From NCBI RefSeq assembly GCF_009914755.1, contig NC_060928.1: 64,000 nucleotides of DNA. One strand, written 5' to 3'. The notes beneath the pieces were generated by a model that saw nothing but the letters and a program-made list of their open reading frames with translations, ran no database searches and was not told the DNA's origin. Positions 1 through 15,895 of this stretch are shown here, one piece after another; the first letter of the stretch is position 1, and each line of letters opens with the position of its first letter. The position numbers and the translations under genes are program-made. This stretch comes from the human T2T-CHM13v2.0 reference genome, Homo sapiens.

Positions 1-344
1 ATATGTCATCATCTTTTACCATATGTGAATACAGACAGTTAAATGCAACAAAAAAGTGTATTCTCAGAGGGGTGTATTAGTGATTATAGTTGTTGTTGGT
101 TCTGACACTGCCTTATGTGATTAGCGAGACAAATGCCAGTTTTCCAATTTGGTACATAGAAAACAAACCCACAAATAATAAAATACTTTTTTACAAATCA
201 AATCACTGTTCTCAAACTGGATGCAAGGATTTCTTGAATTTGTTGACTTATAAGATAACTGGTTCATCTTTATAGGCAGAAGGATTCTTACAAATAATCT
301 AGTACGATCCTTTCATTTTTACAGAACAGAAAACTGTAAAGTCA

Positions 345-682
<338 letters not shown>

Positions 683-2029
683 TTATATTTGTAAGAACTC
701 TGTTACAAAAGTCCAACCAAGTGTGGCAGAGCAATAACTGGCCACATCAACAACAACAAAAAAACTGAATGCCTGCATGAAGCATTACCAAATGCTAAAG
801 TCCCAGGAAACCGTCTGTCACATAATACAAACGTAGGGATTGCATCTATTTTAAAACATTTAATAAGTTCGTGTCAATTGGTTTCCTAGACACAATGATG
901 AAAACATTAGCCTGCGATGAGGAACTAAAACAAAGAAAGTGATACACTAAAAGCAGCAGTGAACTAGGAGTTGGGAGAGCTAGGTTTTTATCACTGTCAC
1001 TTGCCTACTATGGATCATAAACCGGAATATTAGTTTCCACAACTGTAAATGAGGAGTTTGATTTAAATTATGTTTTGAGTCCCTTTTGGCCTTAATATTC
1101 AATGACTTCAGTATGCTAAAGTGACTCCCACATGATCGAAAGTCAGCACCTGGTTTTCAAATAGAAATAATTTTTTAAAAAACTTTGCTATGCTTATGTA
1201 GGTATTAAAAGTATAAAATGCAGATTCCATTTATTACCTAAGGCATTAGTTCTTTAAAAGGGGTTTATTGAAATGAGGCTGCTATTCTAATCAGCAAAGA
1301 TTAACCCACCACATTCATCGGCAATATCTTCAAGCAGCTATAATTCCTATGCGATTTACTCCTTCATTTATTCCCATTGCTTTTCTTAGCCAATCTAATT
1401 CAGGAATCAGATAGATCTGAGTTCTAATCCTATTCCTGCCATTTGCTTACATAATCATTTTGGGGAAAAACAAAAGCTCTGAAGTCGTGGGGTTATCTTG
1501 CAAATTGAGATGTGAGATGAGAAATGTTAACCACAAGCACAAAAGTGTCTAACAGATCAAGTGTTCAATAAACATACTGATTTAGTATTTTACTTGATAA
1601 TCCCATTCATTTACTTTCTAAAACTGTCTTGGTCTCACTCTCTCCTGTCCTTTCATCACTAGCAGCTCTACCAAACAGAGTCATCCTTACAGTAAAGAGC
1701 CCAGTGACATGAGGTGAGCCTGCAACCATTACTCTATACAGCTCTATCTTTTCTACCCCAATCCACTGTTCTCTCTATTCGCTTCCTACTCTCAGTAGTG
1801 GTGATGGTGGCAGTGGCAGTAATCACAGTTACTTCTCCTTCCTATCTACTATGTGCTAAGCTGAAAATCGTACCTTTACATATTATGTCATTTAAGCCTC
1901 AAAAAACCTTTTAGGTAGATATCATTTTCATTTTACAGGTGCGAAATCTGCATCTTAGATGACTTTGCTTTAGAGAACTAGATCTAAACATGTTGTTTTT
2001 AACTGTTGATTGGGTTAAAAAAACATGTA

Positions 2030-2265
2030 ACATTTACCATCTTAACTGTTTTAAGAGTGTGGTACAGTAGTGTTAACTATATGTACACTGCTGTGCAACA
2101 GAACTTCATCTTGCAAAACTGAAACTCTACTCCTATAGAAAAATAATTCCCTTTTCTTCTTTCCCTTAGTTCCTAGCCACCAGTATTCTACTTTCTGTTC
2201 CACCTGTATGACTACTTTAGATATATCATATAAGTGGAATCACGCAGTATTTGTCTTTTTGTGTC
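2030..2265 (-). mobile_element. L1MA/MB 3'-end fragment
   Basis: catttaccatcttaac...ataagtggaatcacgcagtatttgtc is typical antisense L1M 3'UTR. Confidence 0.7.
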
Positions 2266-2921
2266 AAATGTTGTTTTTTTAATACTGTATTAGACCAATG
2301 GACAGATTATATTCTATATGTTTGTTTGCTTGTTTTGACAATTTTCTGCCAAGAAAGGATATCATACATGATGACTATATTCCTGGGCTAGCTAATAAAG
2401 GTCTATCACACATTTGTTAACCCACAATGCTATTAAAAGAACAGTGCTAACAGTGGGAAAGAAGAGCCTTACAGGCAGGGCAGAGGAGGAGGCAGCCACC
2501 ACCAAAGTAAACTGTCTTTACAAGTGAAATATTTATAAGCTGGGGACTTCCTGTATATAAACAGCAACTAGATAGAATTTTGAGACATTATAAGAAATAT
2601 TATCCAAATCTTTATATCATTTTCAAGTTTTCCTTGCTTAGTTCATTTTACAGACATTCTGATATATCAAAAGTAATCTCAATGGCTGGATCTGTTCAGA
2701 GAAACAAACTTGCTAATGCCTCACTCAAATATTCCTGAAAAGAATATTTCAATATTATTTCTGCAGATTCAAAAAATGTGACAATTATATGAGATAAAGT
2801 CATACTATCATAAATAAAATGAAATATGAGTTAAAAAATGGAATATGTAAAACATCTATTTAGGAAGTATACCCACTTCCCTTTAAATAGGGTGGAGGTA
2901 GGCAAATAGCACCTTTCATAC

Positions 2922-3083
2922 CTGTACAAAAACTTTCTGGAGTAGTCCTCGACGTTCTGCTAGAGGTAGCTCATTCTGTGCACCTCCAACTGCCTCAGGC
3001 ACATGTGGAAGGTCAAAAAACAGATATAAACATTTAACCAGGGTGGAAGGCACTGACATTGTTGTCATGCAGTCCACGGTTTT
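2922..3083 (-). CDS. WDFY3: WDFY3 coding exon, aa 139-192 (KTVDCMTTMSVPSTLVKCLYLFFDLPHVPEAVGGAQNELPLAERRGLLQKVFVQ)
   Basis: ttgttttccag|AAA ACC...GTA CAG|gtatga; 162 nt; phase 0/0. The gene continues beyond the left edge of the window. Confidence 0.97.
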
Positions 3084-5540
3084 CTGGAAAACAAGCCAAT
3101 AAATAAGTGAATAGATAGACACAACTATAATTGGTACAGCCAAATAATTCACAAATGTTAACCCAAAAATTATATATAAAGGTAACTTTTTAAAATGCAT
3201 GTAAGAATTTAAAAATGACTCCAAGTGAAGAAATATACAACTATGCATCTGAACAATTTTGCTTTAATCAAATAGTGAGATTTTGTTATATAGTAAATTA
3301 TCAATTAAATTTAATATTTATTTATTAAAAAGCAGCATGTTTCGGAAGCATAAGCTTTAGAATTTAGAAAAAGACACTTAATAACTACGAACTTCAGCAA
3401 ACTACTTAATTCTCCTGAGATTCACTTGCCTTTCTTATAAAAATAGATAGAATGATACACCCTTCTCATGGCTAACATGAGAGTTATGTAAGATAATACA
3501 TACAAAGAAACATTAAGCACTAAATTGTATATTCATTGCTGCTTTACTATTATTTTTATCTTTATTCTTATTGTAGATTTTTGAGGCTGGAAAGACACTT
3601 GAGTGATAAAGCCATCACTGACACAAATACATCTCTATATTATTTTCAAAGATATCCAGAGGAGAAACTCTAGACCTTCTTACAGTACATATTTCAACAT
3701 TGTTAAGTATGATATAATATTTATCAAAATTTTCCATGGTGCAGTTTGGAACAAGAAGTTCAACTGCACTAGAGATCAACAGACTGGTATAATCTGTTGA
3801 TTAGTTAGTTTACTTTCTCAGAAAACATTTATTGAGTGTCCAGGGAATGTCAGGCTGTGTGCTGGGAGCTGGGCATGCAAAGACGAAGCATCTCTGTCCT
3901 TCAAAAGACCACAGTCGACTGGAATTATTAGAGTCCTAAGTAACTATGACTTAATCTCTTAAGACTTCAGTCTAACAATGGTAGTATATACAGGCTAATA
4001 TAAAAGGGATTGACTAACACTGCCAGGAATGGCATTAAAAAGGATAAGGAATTAAAATAAAAAGGGAAAGATCACCTGGAAGATACATAGGAGGTTAGGC
4101 CATATGGTACAGTATTTTTGAAGAAACACAGATTCCAAAAATGCTGACTCCTGACGAGCCACAATAATAATGGCTAACCTTGAATTACTGTTTACTATAT
4201 AAGAGGCATAAGGCTAATAAGCACTTTACATACATCATCTCACCTATTCCTTAAGTCAACCCCATGACTTCATTTGTAAAATGATCCTTATTTCACAAAT
4301 GAAGCAACTGAGGTTCATCACTTACATACCCTGCTTTAGGTCAGACAGCTGGCTAAGTGGCCTACAAAGTGTGTATGCTCAATGACTTATGAAAATAGTC
4401 TCACATTTTATTTTCTTGGCAGTGATGACCCAGTGAAGTGTTACAAACAAAAAGTAAAAGAGCTAGATTTCAGAAAATTAGCTGGTGGTAATACAGATCA
4501 TAAATTAAATATACAGAGCCAGAAGGAAAGGGTAATTGGGAAACTAACCCCCCAAACCACATGAGAGATGGGGCCGGAACTAATGCAATAGTAGGGTGAT
4601 GAAGAGAAAGCTTCAAGACTATCCCTGGCAAGATGTGGCCCCTTTCTACATACCCAACATACCATTTCTTGTCTCAAATACTCTAAACCTTTTGTTCTAT
4701 TCATCTACGATTATTTCTTAACACTTATGTTACCATACATTTAATGTTCAGTTTAAACATCTGCTATGTCTCAAAGTTTACTGAACTCCTCATCTTTCCT
4801 TCTACCCTCACTTTCAAAATGTTTAACTCTCACATTTCTATTTTCAATAGCACTATATATGCCCCATTATTAAATATTATGGTACTATCTTTTTCTGCTT
4901 CATCTCTTACATCTACACATTGAGTCAGGACCATGTTTTGGTCATCTCTGTGTAACACTGCTACCAGCAGAAAATGGCACTCAAACAAGGTAGCTCCAAA
5001 CATAACACTGAATTTGCTTTTTAAATGTATCTATTTCCAGATAGATTATTACTAGGTTTAGCTGGCCACTAAGCAAAGTGGTATGATGTTTCATTTTCAT
5101 TTATTGTAGATAGATTTAAAGTATAACTTGGCATCTAAACTTGTAATTTTTTAAGTGATTAGGTTTTTATAGAAAATATGAATAAATGTAGAAAACTGTA
5201 TTAAAAGTTAATATTACTTATATTAAATATCAATAGTAAATATCTAAATTATATAAAGTTTTAATAGCAAATAAACATATGCTATTCTAAACCAAATTTT
5301 GGTATAGTAACATACATACATTTACAGCTACCATCAACAGCAAACAGAACTGAGATTTTGTTACTCATCCAGTAGAGTCAGATACATGAAAACAATGGTC
5401 TACTCTGGGACCATTTGAAGATTACTTACAATAACCAACCCTCTCCATTTGCCTGAGACTGTGCAGTATCCTGAGATGCAGGCCTTCCTATCCTAAAACC
5501 TGGAAAATCCCAGGAACACCAGGACAGGTTGGTTACACTA

Positions 5541-5969
<429 letters not shown>

Positions 5970-6583
5970 TCAGGATATGGTTACCAAGACGTATGCACTG
6001 TATCTGCTGTGGCCAGTCACATGGTACAATTATGTTACAGTTAAGTAGGTCCATTATTACATGATGAGAGTGTTTGAAAGTCCACTGTAACTTAGACAAC
6101 AGACATTCCCAAGATTGGTACTGACTTTGGTAGGTAATTATACTCTGGATTTTAGAAGGCTGAATTAACCTCTTTCATCCCCAAAACATGAAAGGCCAAA
6201 AATCAGGTATCCAAATAGCTCATTAATGAGCACATGCAACATATTTCATGACAGATAATTACAGCTGATTTGGAGGAAATAAAAAGCAATCTCCAGAATA
6301 AATCAAATGAGAAGAAAATATATATTATCCTAAAAATGTCAATGTTTCCTTATTTCCCATTAAAATTTAAAACTATTTTCCATGTCATTTGTTCTTTATA
6401 AGCTGAGTAACCTTAGATAAAGAGTGATTTTTTTATTTTTCCTGAGCCAGAGTTTCCCTAACATCAGTGACAAAAGTGCTGGCCTGGGCCTGATGGACCC
6501 AGAGCTCCTGAGCTACTTGCCACCAGCCAGAAATAGTCCATCTGTTTGCCCAGAATGCTCTACAAATGGTATCATTAAAATAA

Positions 6584-6873
6584 TTTTTTTTTAGAGACAG
6601 GGTCTCACTCTGTCACCGAGGCTGGAGTGGTGTCATTATGGCTCACTGCAGCCTCAACCTCCCAGGCTCAAGCAATCCTCTTGCCTCAGCCTCTGAACAG
6701 CTGGGACTTCAGGTGCAGGCCACCACGCTCAGCTAATTTTTTTTTTTTTTTTTAAAGAGATTGGGGTCTCTCTATGTTGCCCAGACTGGTCTCGAATTTC
6801 CGGGCTCAAGCAATCTTCCCACCTTGACCTCTCAAAGTGCTGCAATTACAGGTGTGAGCCTCTGAGCCCAGCC
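6584..6873 (-). mobile_element. AluJ
   Basis: Antisense dimer with J-type diagnostics (gctcactgcagcctcaacc, ggctcaagcaatc). Confidence 0.9.
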
Positions 6874-7146
6874 ACAAATGGTTATGTCCTATGTGTGTTA
6901 CAACATATCGAGATGGAAAACACTGCTCTAAGCCATGCGTTTCCTTATGAGTAAAATGCATCGAACATCAAACTCCTTGCAGAGATGTTATGAGAAGCAT
7001 GAAATAATGTTTTAAAAAAGTTAGAAGAATACAAATGATTATCATAGTATCTCATTTGGATATAATGATGAATTTAATAATAAAATCACAAGAGAGGCTA
7101 TAAAATAAAGACGCTGAGTTATCAAACATGAAAACTAAGAACTTAC

Positions 7147-7256
7147 CTGACCAGAGGAAGCTAACAAATTAATTGTCGTTAGAAGCATCCAGCCTCTACT
7201 GGCTTCTTCACTCTGATTAATCTCTAGGAACTGAACTATGGCCCGACTTGCAGCCT
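7147..7256 (-). CDS. WDFY3: WDFY3 coding exon, aa 102-138 (EAASRAIVQFLEINQSEEASRGWMLLTTINLLASSGQ)
   Basis: ctttggttttatag|AG GCT GCA...GGT CAG|gtaagt; 110 nt; phase 1 in, phase 0 out. Absent from the ORF track; translated by hand. Confidence 0.96.
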
Positions 7257-7967
7257 CTATAAAACCAAAGGGAAAGCCATTAAGTGGGGGAAAAGTCACA
7301 TATAAAGAGGTTCTTCTTTAAAACCTACCAAGGAAATGAAAATTTACTAAGCACATAATTATATCAGCACTATTACATATAGAAAAACTTTAAAAATAGC
7401 AATGTTTTAATGGTATTCATAAACCTTTATATCATTAATACAGAAATGTAAAAGCCAACCTATATATTTCAGGAAAAGTTATGACAGGAGCTAATCAAAA
7501 AGTCATGAAAGAGGTGAAATTTGAGCTAAAACTACCTGGAAAACAAGTACATGTTTGTCCAGGAAGTAGGAGTGATTAAGGGTGCAGAGAAAATAAGAGC
7601 ACAGCAATAAAACAAGAGTGGCTAGAGGAATGAGCCTGACACATACAGATCAAGACAAAGAACTGTGATAACACTTTCTTAACATTATAGAAGAGCACTG
7701 TTTAGAAGTGCAGTCTAATACCAACAGTAGTGATTTAAAAAATAGAGATGCCTAATTACGAAGGAGGGTAAGCTACTGGCTGTATTTGATTTTCTGGGCA
7801 AGAGGGAGCAAATGCAGTTTCTTGAGCAAAGGAGATGATGAAAGGATTATACTAAGACTATTAATCTAGTAGTAATGTGTATGACAGACTGGAAGGCTAA
7901 GGAGAATGGTGAGAGGGAAATAAGAGGTTTCCTAAGTAATACACAGAGGAATAACTTGAGTAGCTCA

Positions 7968-8510
<543 letters not shown>

Positions 8511-8538
8511 CTAACTGGGTAAAAACTAACATATACTT

Positions 8539-8795
8539 GGTGGCTCACGCCACCAAGGTCAGGAGATCGAGGCCATCTTGGCCACTAACACAGTGAAACC
8601 CCATCTCTACTAAAAATACAAAAAATTAGCCGAGTGTGGTGGTGGGCACCTGTAGTCCCAGCTACTTGGGAGACTGAGGCAGGAGAATTACTTGAACCCA
8701 GAGGCGGAGGGTGCAGTGAGCGGAGATCACACCACTGCACTCCAGCCTAGGCAACAGAGCGAGACTCCGTCTCAAAAACAAAACAAAACAAAAAA
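8539..8795 (+). mobile_element. AluY/Sc-like, 5'-truncated with left-arm deletion
   Basis: ggtggctcacgc joined to caccaaggtcaggagatcgag; TSD aaaaactaacatatactt / aaaaactaatgtatactt. Confidence 0.88.
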
Positions 8796-9392
8796 CTAAT
8801 GTATACTTAACACACTTCATAAAGAAGTAGAAAGTAGAAAATAAGATTTAGGTTATCTTAGATGTATTTTTTCTTCAACTTAACATAAAATAAAAGTGTT
8901 TTATTAGATAACTGAATACAAGACTTACACATGATTCTGGGCTGGGCAAAGTTTCATCTTTGTAAACTTCCATTTGAGGGAACATTTTAGCACGAAAATT
9001 TTAAAAACAGATTCTTTTTATTGAGTCTTAACTATATATCAAGCATTGTGTTAAGTACTTGTGGGTTTAACTCATTTAACCTTTACAAGAACCCTGTGAG
9101 TTATTTTCTACTAATATATTCCTTACAATAGTATAAGTTGAGAAATGCAGAAGATAAGTAATTTGCCTACAATCACATAGCTAGTCAGTGAAAGAGATCT
9201 GGATAGGGCTGAGGTTGAATGATACAGGGAGATTCCAAACTCCATCGACAAAACAAACTATCTTTACATAACAAATATATTTTACTATTTTGTAAAGAAT
9301 AGCATAACTGTATCACTGTAAAAAAATAACTTTTATTTTCACCTACCAATTTCAATATGTGTCATTAAGAATATTTCAAAGGCATCTCCCAC

Positions 9393-9699
9393 TTTTTATT
9401 TTATTATTTTTGAGACAAGGTCTCACTCTATTGTCCAGGCTGGAGTGCACGATCACGGCTTACTGCAGCCTCAATCTCCTCAACTCAAGCAATCCCTCCG
9501 CCTCAGTCCCCCATGTAGCTGGGACTAACAGTATGCACCACCATGCCTGGCTAATAAAAACAAAATTTTTTTGTAGAGACAGAGTATCGCTGTGTTGCCC
9601 AGGCTGGTCTCAAACTCCTGAATTCAAGTGATCCTCCTGTCTTGGTTTCCCAAACTACTGGGATTACTTGTACCTGGGTGTGAGCTACTGTGCCCAGCC
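9393..9699 (-). mobile_element. AluJ
   Basis: Diverged antisense Alu dimer. Confidence 0.88.
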
Positions 9700-10448
9700 T
9701 CACGTTTTATTTTAAATGAGGTAAGCAGCTCATTTTAAAAGTATATAGCATTTAGTGCTATCTTAAAAAATTATGTATACTAGCAAGGAATTTTAAATAA
9801 AACCTCCATAAATCAAATGGTTTCTTAAAACTTTGGGTAAAAAATGCCCACTACTAGTCAGAAACATACTGGGTCTTTTAATTTCAATAATATTTAACAA
9901 ATTCAAATATAAACGATTTAACTTAAGTTTTTAAGAGTTAATGAAAGAATATATTAATATTAACCTATCTTTAGAGTTGTCAATCATTTGATTCAAGCTT
10001 TATCTTTCACACTGCATTTCAATACATATAGTTAGAATGAAAAACCCAGAAATGAAGTTAATAAAGCCCAGGATTTCATTAAATAAGTAAAGAATGCGGA
10101 CAATCTTAAATGCAATTTCTCAGCCTACACTGAGAGTAAACAAACGAATTCAATTAGCATTCAGAACAACCAGAATGCAAAACATGTTAATAAGTGAAAT
10201 ACAAGTTTTCCTTTGCAAAGTCCATTTAAAGCGTATTCCATTTTCAAATTTATGCTTCACAATGATGGTGAGTCACATTAATGGTATTATTATACTTATT
10301 TAATTAATGAAGACACGAAGCCCTAAACACCCTTGCCCCCTCCAAAAAAAAATTCCACAAGTTAGTCAGAAAAACAATATCAGAACTCACAGCTTCCATG
10401 CTTCTTTTCATTTGACAATATATAACCACATCTTGGGAATGAAATTAC

Positions 10449-10502
10449 CTGAAGGTGTTGTGGCTTTGAAATCCTTGGGGGACAGCAGGGCACACTGTTT
10501 TT
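10449..10502 (-). CDS. WDFY3: Candidate alternative 54-nt cassette exon of WDFY3 (EKQCALLSPKDFKATTPS)
   Basis: gcc-T9-aaacag|AAAAACAGTGTGCC...CCTTCAG|gtaatt; 54 nt, phase 1/1, stop-free in the frame set by the flanking exons. Confidence 0.72.
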
Positions 10503-11334
10503 CTGTTTAAAAAAAAAGGCTGGGTTGTCTAAGTAGGGATTCACTAAATTCCACTAATCCCACCACAAGAGTACTGGGGTCAACATCATCCAGTCTCTCC
10601 ATTGCTGGATTGCTGCCCATATTGGGGATTGCACTACTAGGTTTAACAGTGGCACCTAGCATGTAGAAAAACATTAATAATAAACTAAAGATACTACTTT
10701 ATGCAGGTAGGAATTTTCTGCTTTGCTGATATAAATTGACCATGTGCCCTTAAACTTAAGCAGAATTAGAACTGGCTGAGCTAACTAGAAGAGATGGGGG
10801 AAAATCTTAAGATACACCCTCTATACAATCTGGCCACAACATTATGTTTTTGTCAAATTAACTGAGTCACTACTTACTTCCAGCAAAAGCCACATGGAGG
10901 CAAAGGACCAAGAAAGAATTAAGGGAGACAAGGAGACTGTGACTTGACCTAAACGTATAACAAATCATCCATGTATCCATTTTGCAACTTGATATTCCCT
11001 AAAAGGTTTCCATTTTCACAAACTTCAGATAGATGTAAACAACAGAACTGCACATAAGCTTGTTTCCTACTGAGATATCTACAGCCCATATCTCAAGTAA
11101 TCTGATAAAAAAAAGGCTGTGTCTGTGGGTGCTGATTAGGTAACACCCAAAATAACAAGTCTTCCATAGCAAATTCAGAGGGGTACTGGAAGAATAATCT
11201 TGTTCTGGTGAACAACGAACACAGCCAACCTTCAAAGGAATAATAAAAGGTTCACTTCACCTGTTTTTTTGTAGAAAAAGTGTGTGAATGTAAATTAAGA
11301 CAAAATTCTTTTCAATGATAACCTCCTATAAAAT

Positions 11335-11605
11335 AAAAGGTTATATGAGCTATCTAAAGTAGTCCAACTTACAGAAGAAGAAAGCAGAATGGTGGTTGGT
11401 GGCCAGGGGCTGAGGAGAGGGGGAAATGAGGAGTTGCTGTTCAATGGGTATAGTTTCAGTCATGTAAGACACAAAAAGCTCTAGAGATCTGCTGTACAGC
11501 ATGGTATGTATAGTTAACAGTCTGTACTGCACACTTAAAAATTGGTTAAGAGGGTAGATCCCATATTAAGTGCTTTTTTTAAGCACAATAAAAATAAATA
11601 AAAAA
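11335..11605 (+). mobile_element. L1MA/MB 3'UTR end
   Basis: gcagaatggtggtt...tctagagatctgctgtacagcatgg...acacttaaaaattggttaagagggtagat followed by an A-rich tail. Confidence 0.8.
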
Positions 11606-12759
11606 TAAAGATGAAATATTAAGAGTTGGATGATTTAGGATATACTTAGGCCCTGAAAAATCTAGAACTTTTTACTAGAAAAATCAATAGGTCACAAAGT
11701 CTCCATGAATGTATTTTTGATAACAACACTGACCAAAAGAATCTTCCAATGTTCTAAACTAAAAATGAAAGAAAAAAAACAAGGATTCCCATAGCCAGGG
11801 TAAGGCTAACTGAGGAGACACTCCAGAATTATGTTCTTCTCTCCTAAAAATCAGGAAGGGTGGCCCTTCTAACTCTACTCCAATTCTCAAAGCATTTAAA
11901 AAAAAAAAAGGCAGAGAAATCCTATGTCCAAAATCAGTAAAAATTTAGGTGCTATTAATACACGGGTGAACACAACAGACAATAAAATTAAATAAGTAAA
12001 TAAAATACTTTCAGATGATAACAAAGCTATGAAGGTTAACATACAATGTGACTGAATAGATACTAAAGGGTGTGGGGACACAGGATAGAAGACCTATTTG
12101 AGATACGGTACTTAGGAAAGATCTTTCATGAGGAAGTAACACACAAAATAAATTGAATATCATAGGATTCAAAGGTTAATGAATTTCACAAGCTTAAAAC
12201 TAAAAATTATGTGAAATTACACAATATGAAAAAAATGTATCTTAAAAAATCCCTAGTTAATAAGATGTCATCAATGAGGAAAAGTGGATGAAGGGCACAT
12301 GATCCTAGCTACTATTTTTGAAATTTCCTAAGAGTCTACGATTATTTTAAACTTAAAAGTTAAAAAAAATACTTGTGTAATTCTTACTGTAATTAACAAT
12401 GAGACATCTTCTACTTGATTTAAGACATCTTTCATTACATCTAAAAAATTGCCCTGTGGATGTAAAATCATAAAGGGAGTTAGGAAAACAAATCTCCACT
12501 GTAGCAAAATATCTTTCTACAAACATGCAGATTAGGTATTTAAAAATATAGTAACAGAGGCAAGTATAAATAAGTTTTAGGAATTTTTTCCTAATCTAGT
12601 ATGTCATTCAAGAAAGAATGGGGATACCTAATTTCATCAGCGTGGGTATTTCCTCACAGTACTGTGAAAATGGATGAATACATCCATTAAAATGCTTGTA
12701 AACGTATTTTTAAAAGGTATAAACTTTTAAGAACAAGAACAGAATAAGTGAAAGCAATG

Positions 12760-14400
<1,641 letters not shown>

Positions 14401-15895
14401 AAGGATGACTGATAATAATGCAAGCAGCAAGATTTTCCAAAATGACCCTGAGTGCTCATCCTGGGCTGCATGGAAGGACAGAGCTAAGACACCCACCACT
14501 GACCATCTCAACCCATGGTCAACTTTCCCAGGCAATTAGTAGCTTCTAATCTCTGCTAAGAGGACCTCCTGGATTACACAGCTAGCATTCTCAAACAACT
14601 CCTATAAATATCTAACAAGTATTCAATGGCCTAAGTCATAGGCAGTTTAAATGTCTCTTTACTAACAAGATTACTCTTGAGCTTGTCCTTTAGGAATGGA
14701 GAACAATGGGGGATGGAGAGGAGGAGACAGAAGTATCTCTCCATTTAAACGTAAACCACAGCTGTGTATTCAGCACATCTCCCCAGCACATGTATCTGTG
14801 AGATCATGAGAGTCGTAGATATGTGTCTTCTTGTCTCTTATTGACCCTTGGTTTTGTATTAAATACATTTCCTTTTCTATAATAATCATGCTGTATGATG
14901 TAGTGGAATTTGTTCTAAGTCCTGGCAGCTGAAAGGTTGTCAGGCTAAAGGTATCACTTTACTTACTGAAAAGAAAAGAACCCATTTTTCACAGCAATAG
15001 TCAAAAAATGTTTAACTCAGGGTATGTCTAAAACAACAAGCAGAACAAAACCCTAATAACTCCCCTGTATCCTTTTTTATAAAGCTGCTGGAAAATATGC
15101 TTTACCAAAATTAGGAATTAAGGGATTCAGGAAACAGAATCCACCCCCAAAAAATGAAAAGGCATCCCAGGACAATGTGAATAGTGATGTTAAAATGGCA
15201 GCTGTGCACTGGCCTAGAGAGCAACTACTACAGATGACACAGAGACCCCTAAGTAGCTTATGGTCTACTGGGAAGATCAAGACACATGCACAATGACCAC
15301 CCAGGAGGTTGAGAAGAAAAACAGTAGTTCAGAACAGAAAAAAATTTTCTTTGCCTAAAGAAATCAAAAAGCATTTCATCAAGGAAGCATGACTTAATCA
15401 TGCTGACATTTAGACATATTGAAATGAGGAAAGATTCTCCTTCCTCAGTGAAGCATTCTAAGTAAATGATTAAAATAAGAGTATACACATGTTTGAAGAC
15501 TACAGACAGCTGGATTTGGTTGAAATACAGAAAAGAAAACAAGCAATAGAGCAGGGTATGCTAAAAAAAAAAAAAAAAAAAAAGACCAGATGATAGCTTT
15601 GCCTTAAATTTCATGCTGAGGAATTTGTATTTTGTTCAAAGGGAAACAGAGTATTTTAAAGGGTTAGGGTGGAAGTGGTAGTGGTCCAGGCAGAGTAGCC
15701 TTGAGCAGAACTACTGGAGAGTTGAAGATGCTGAAACCAGGAAAAGAATGTGACTCTAAGAAAGGGAAAGGGAATGGGTAAATGAACTCAATGTGCTGAG
15801 AACAAGGTCTGTTTTCCATTTAATTTTAATGGGACTTTTACAGAACTGCTTGTTCATTCAAACAAATCAGTTTTTGCTGGCTACTGTAAAAATAC

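Noticed and set aside
2916-3248. 110-aa ORF as a standalone gene (likewise 15867-16088 and 26340-26654)
   Set aside because: Only the portions between splice sites are WDFY3; the rest is intronic read-through.
10503-10563. Mini-intron splitting the 207-nt segment into two coding exons
   Set aside because: It would be 61 nt, below the usual human minimum, and GTG|gtggga is phase 0 while the inner acceptor needs phase 1.
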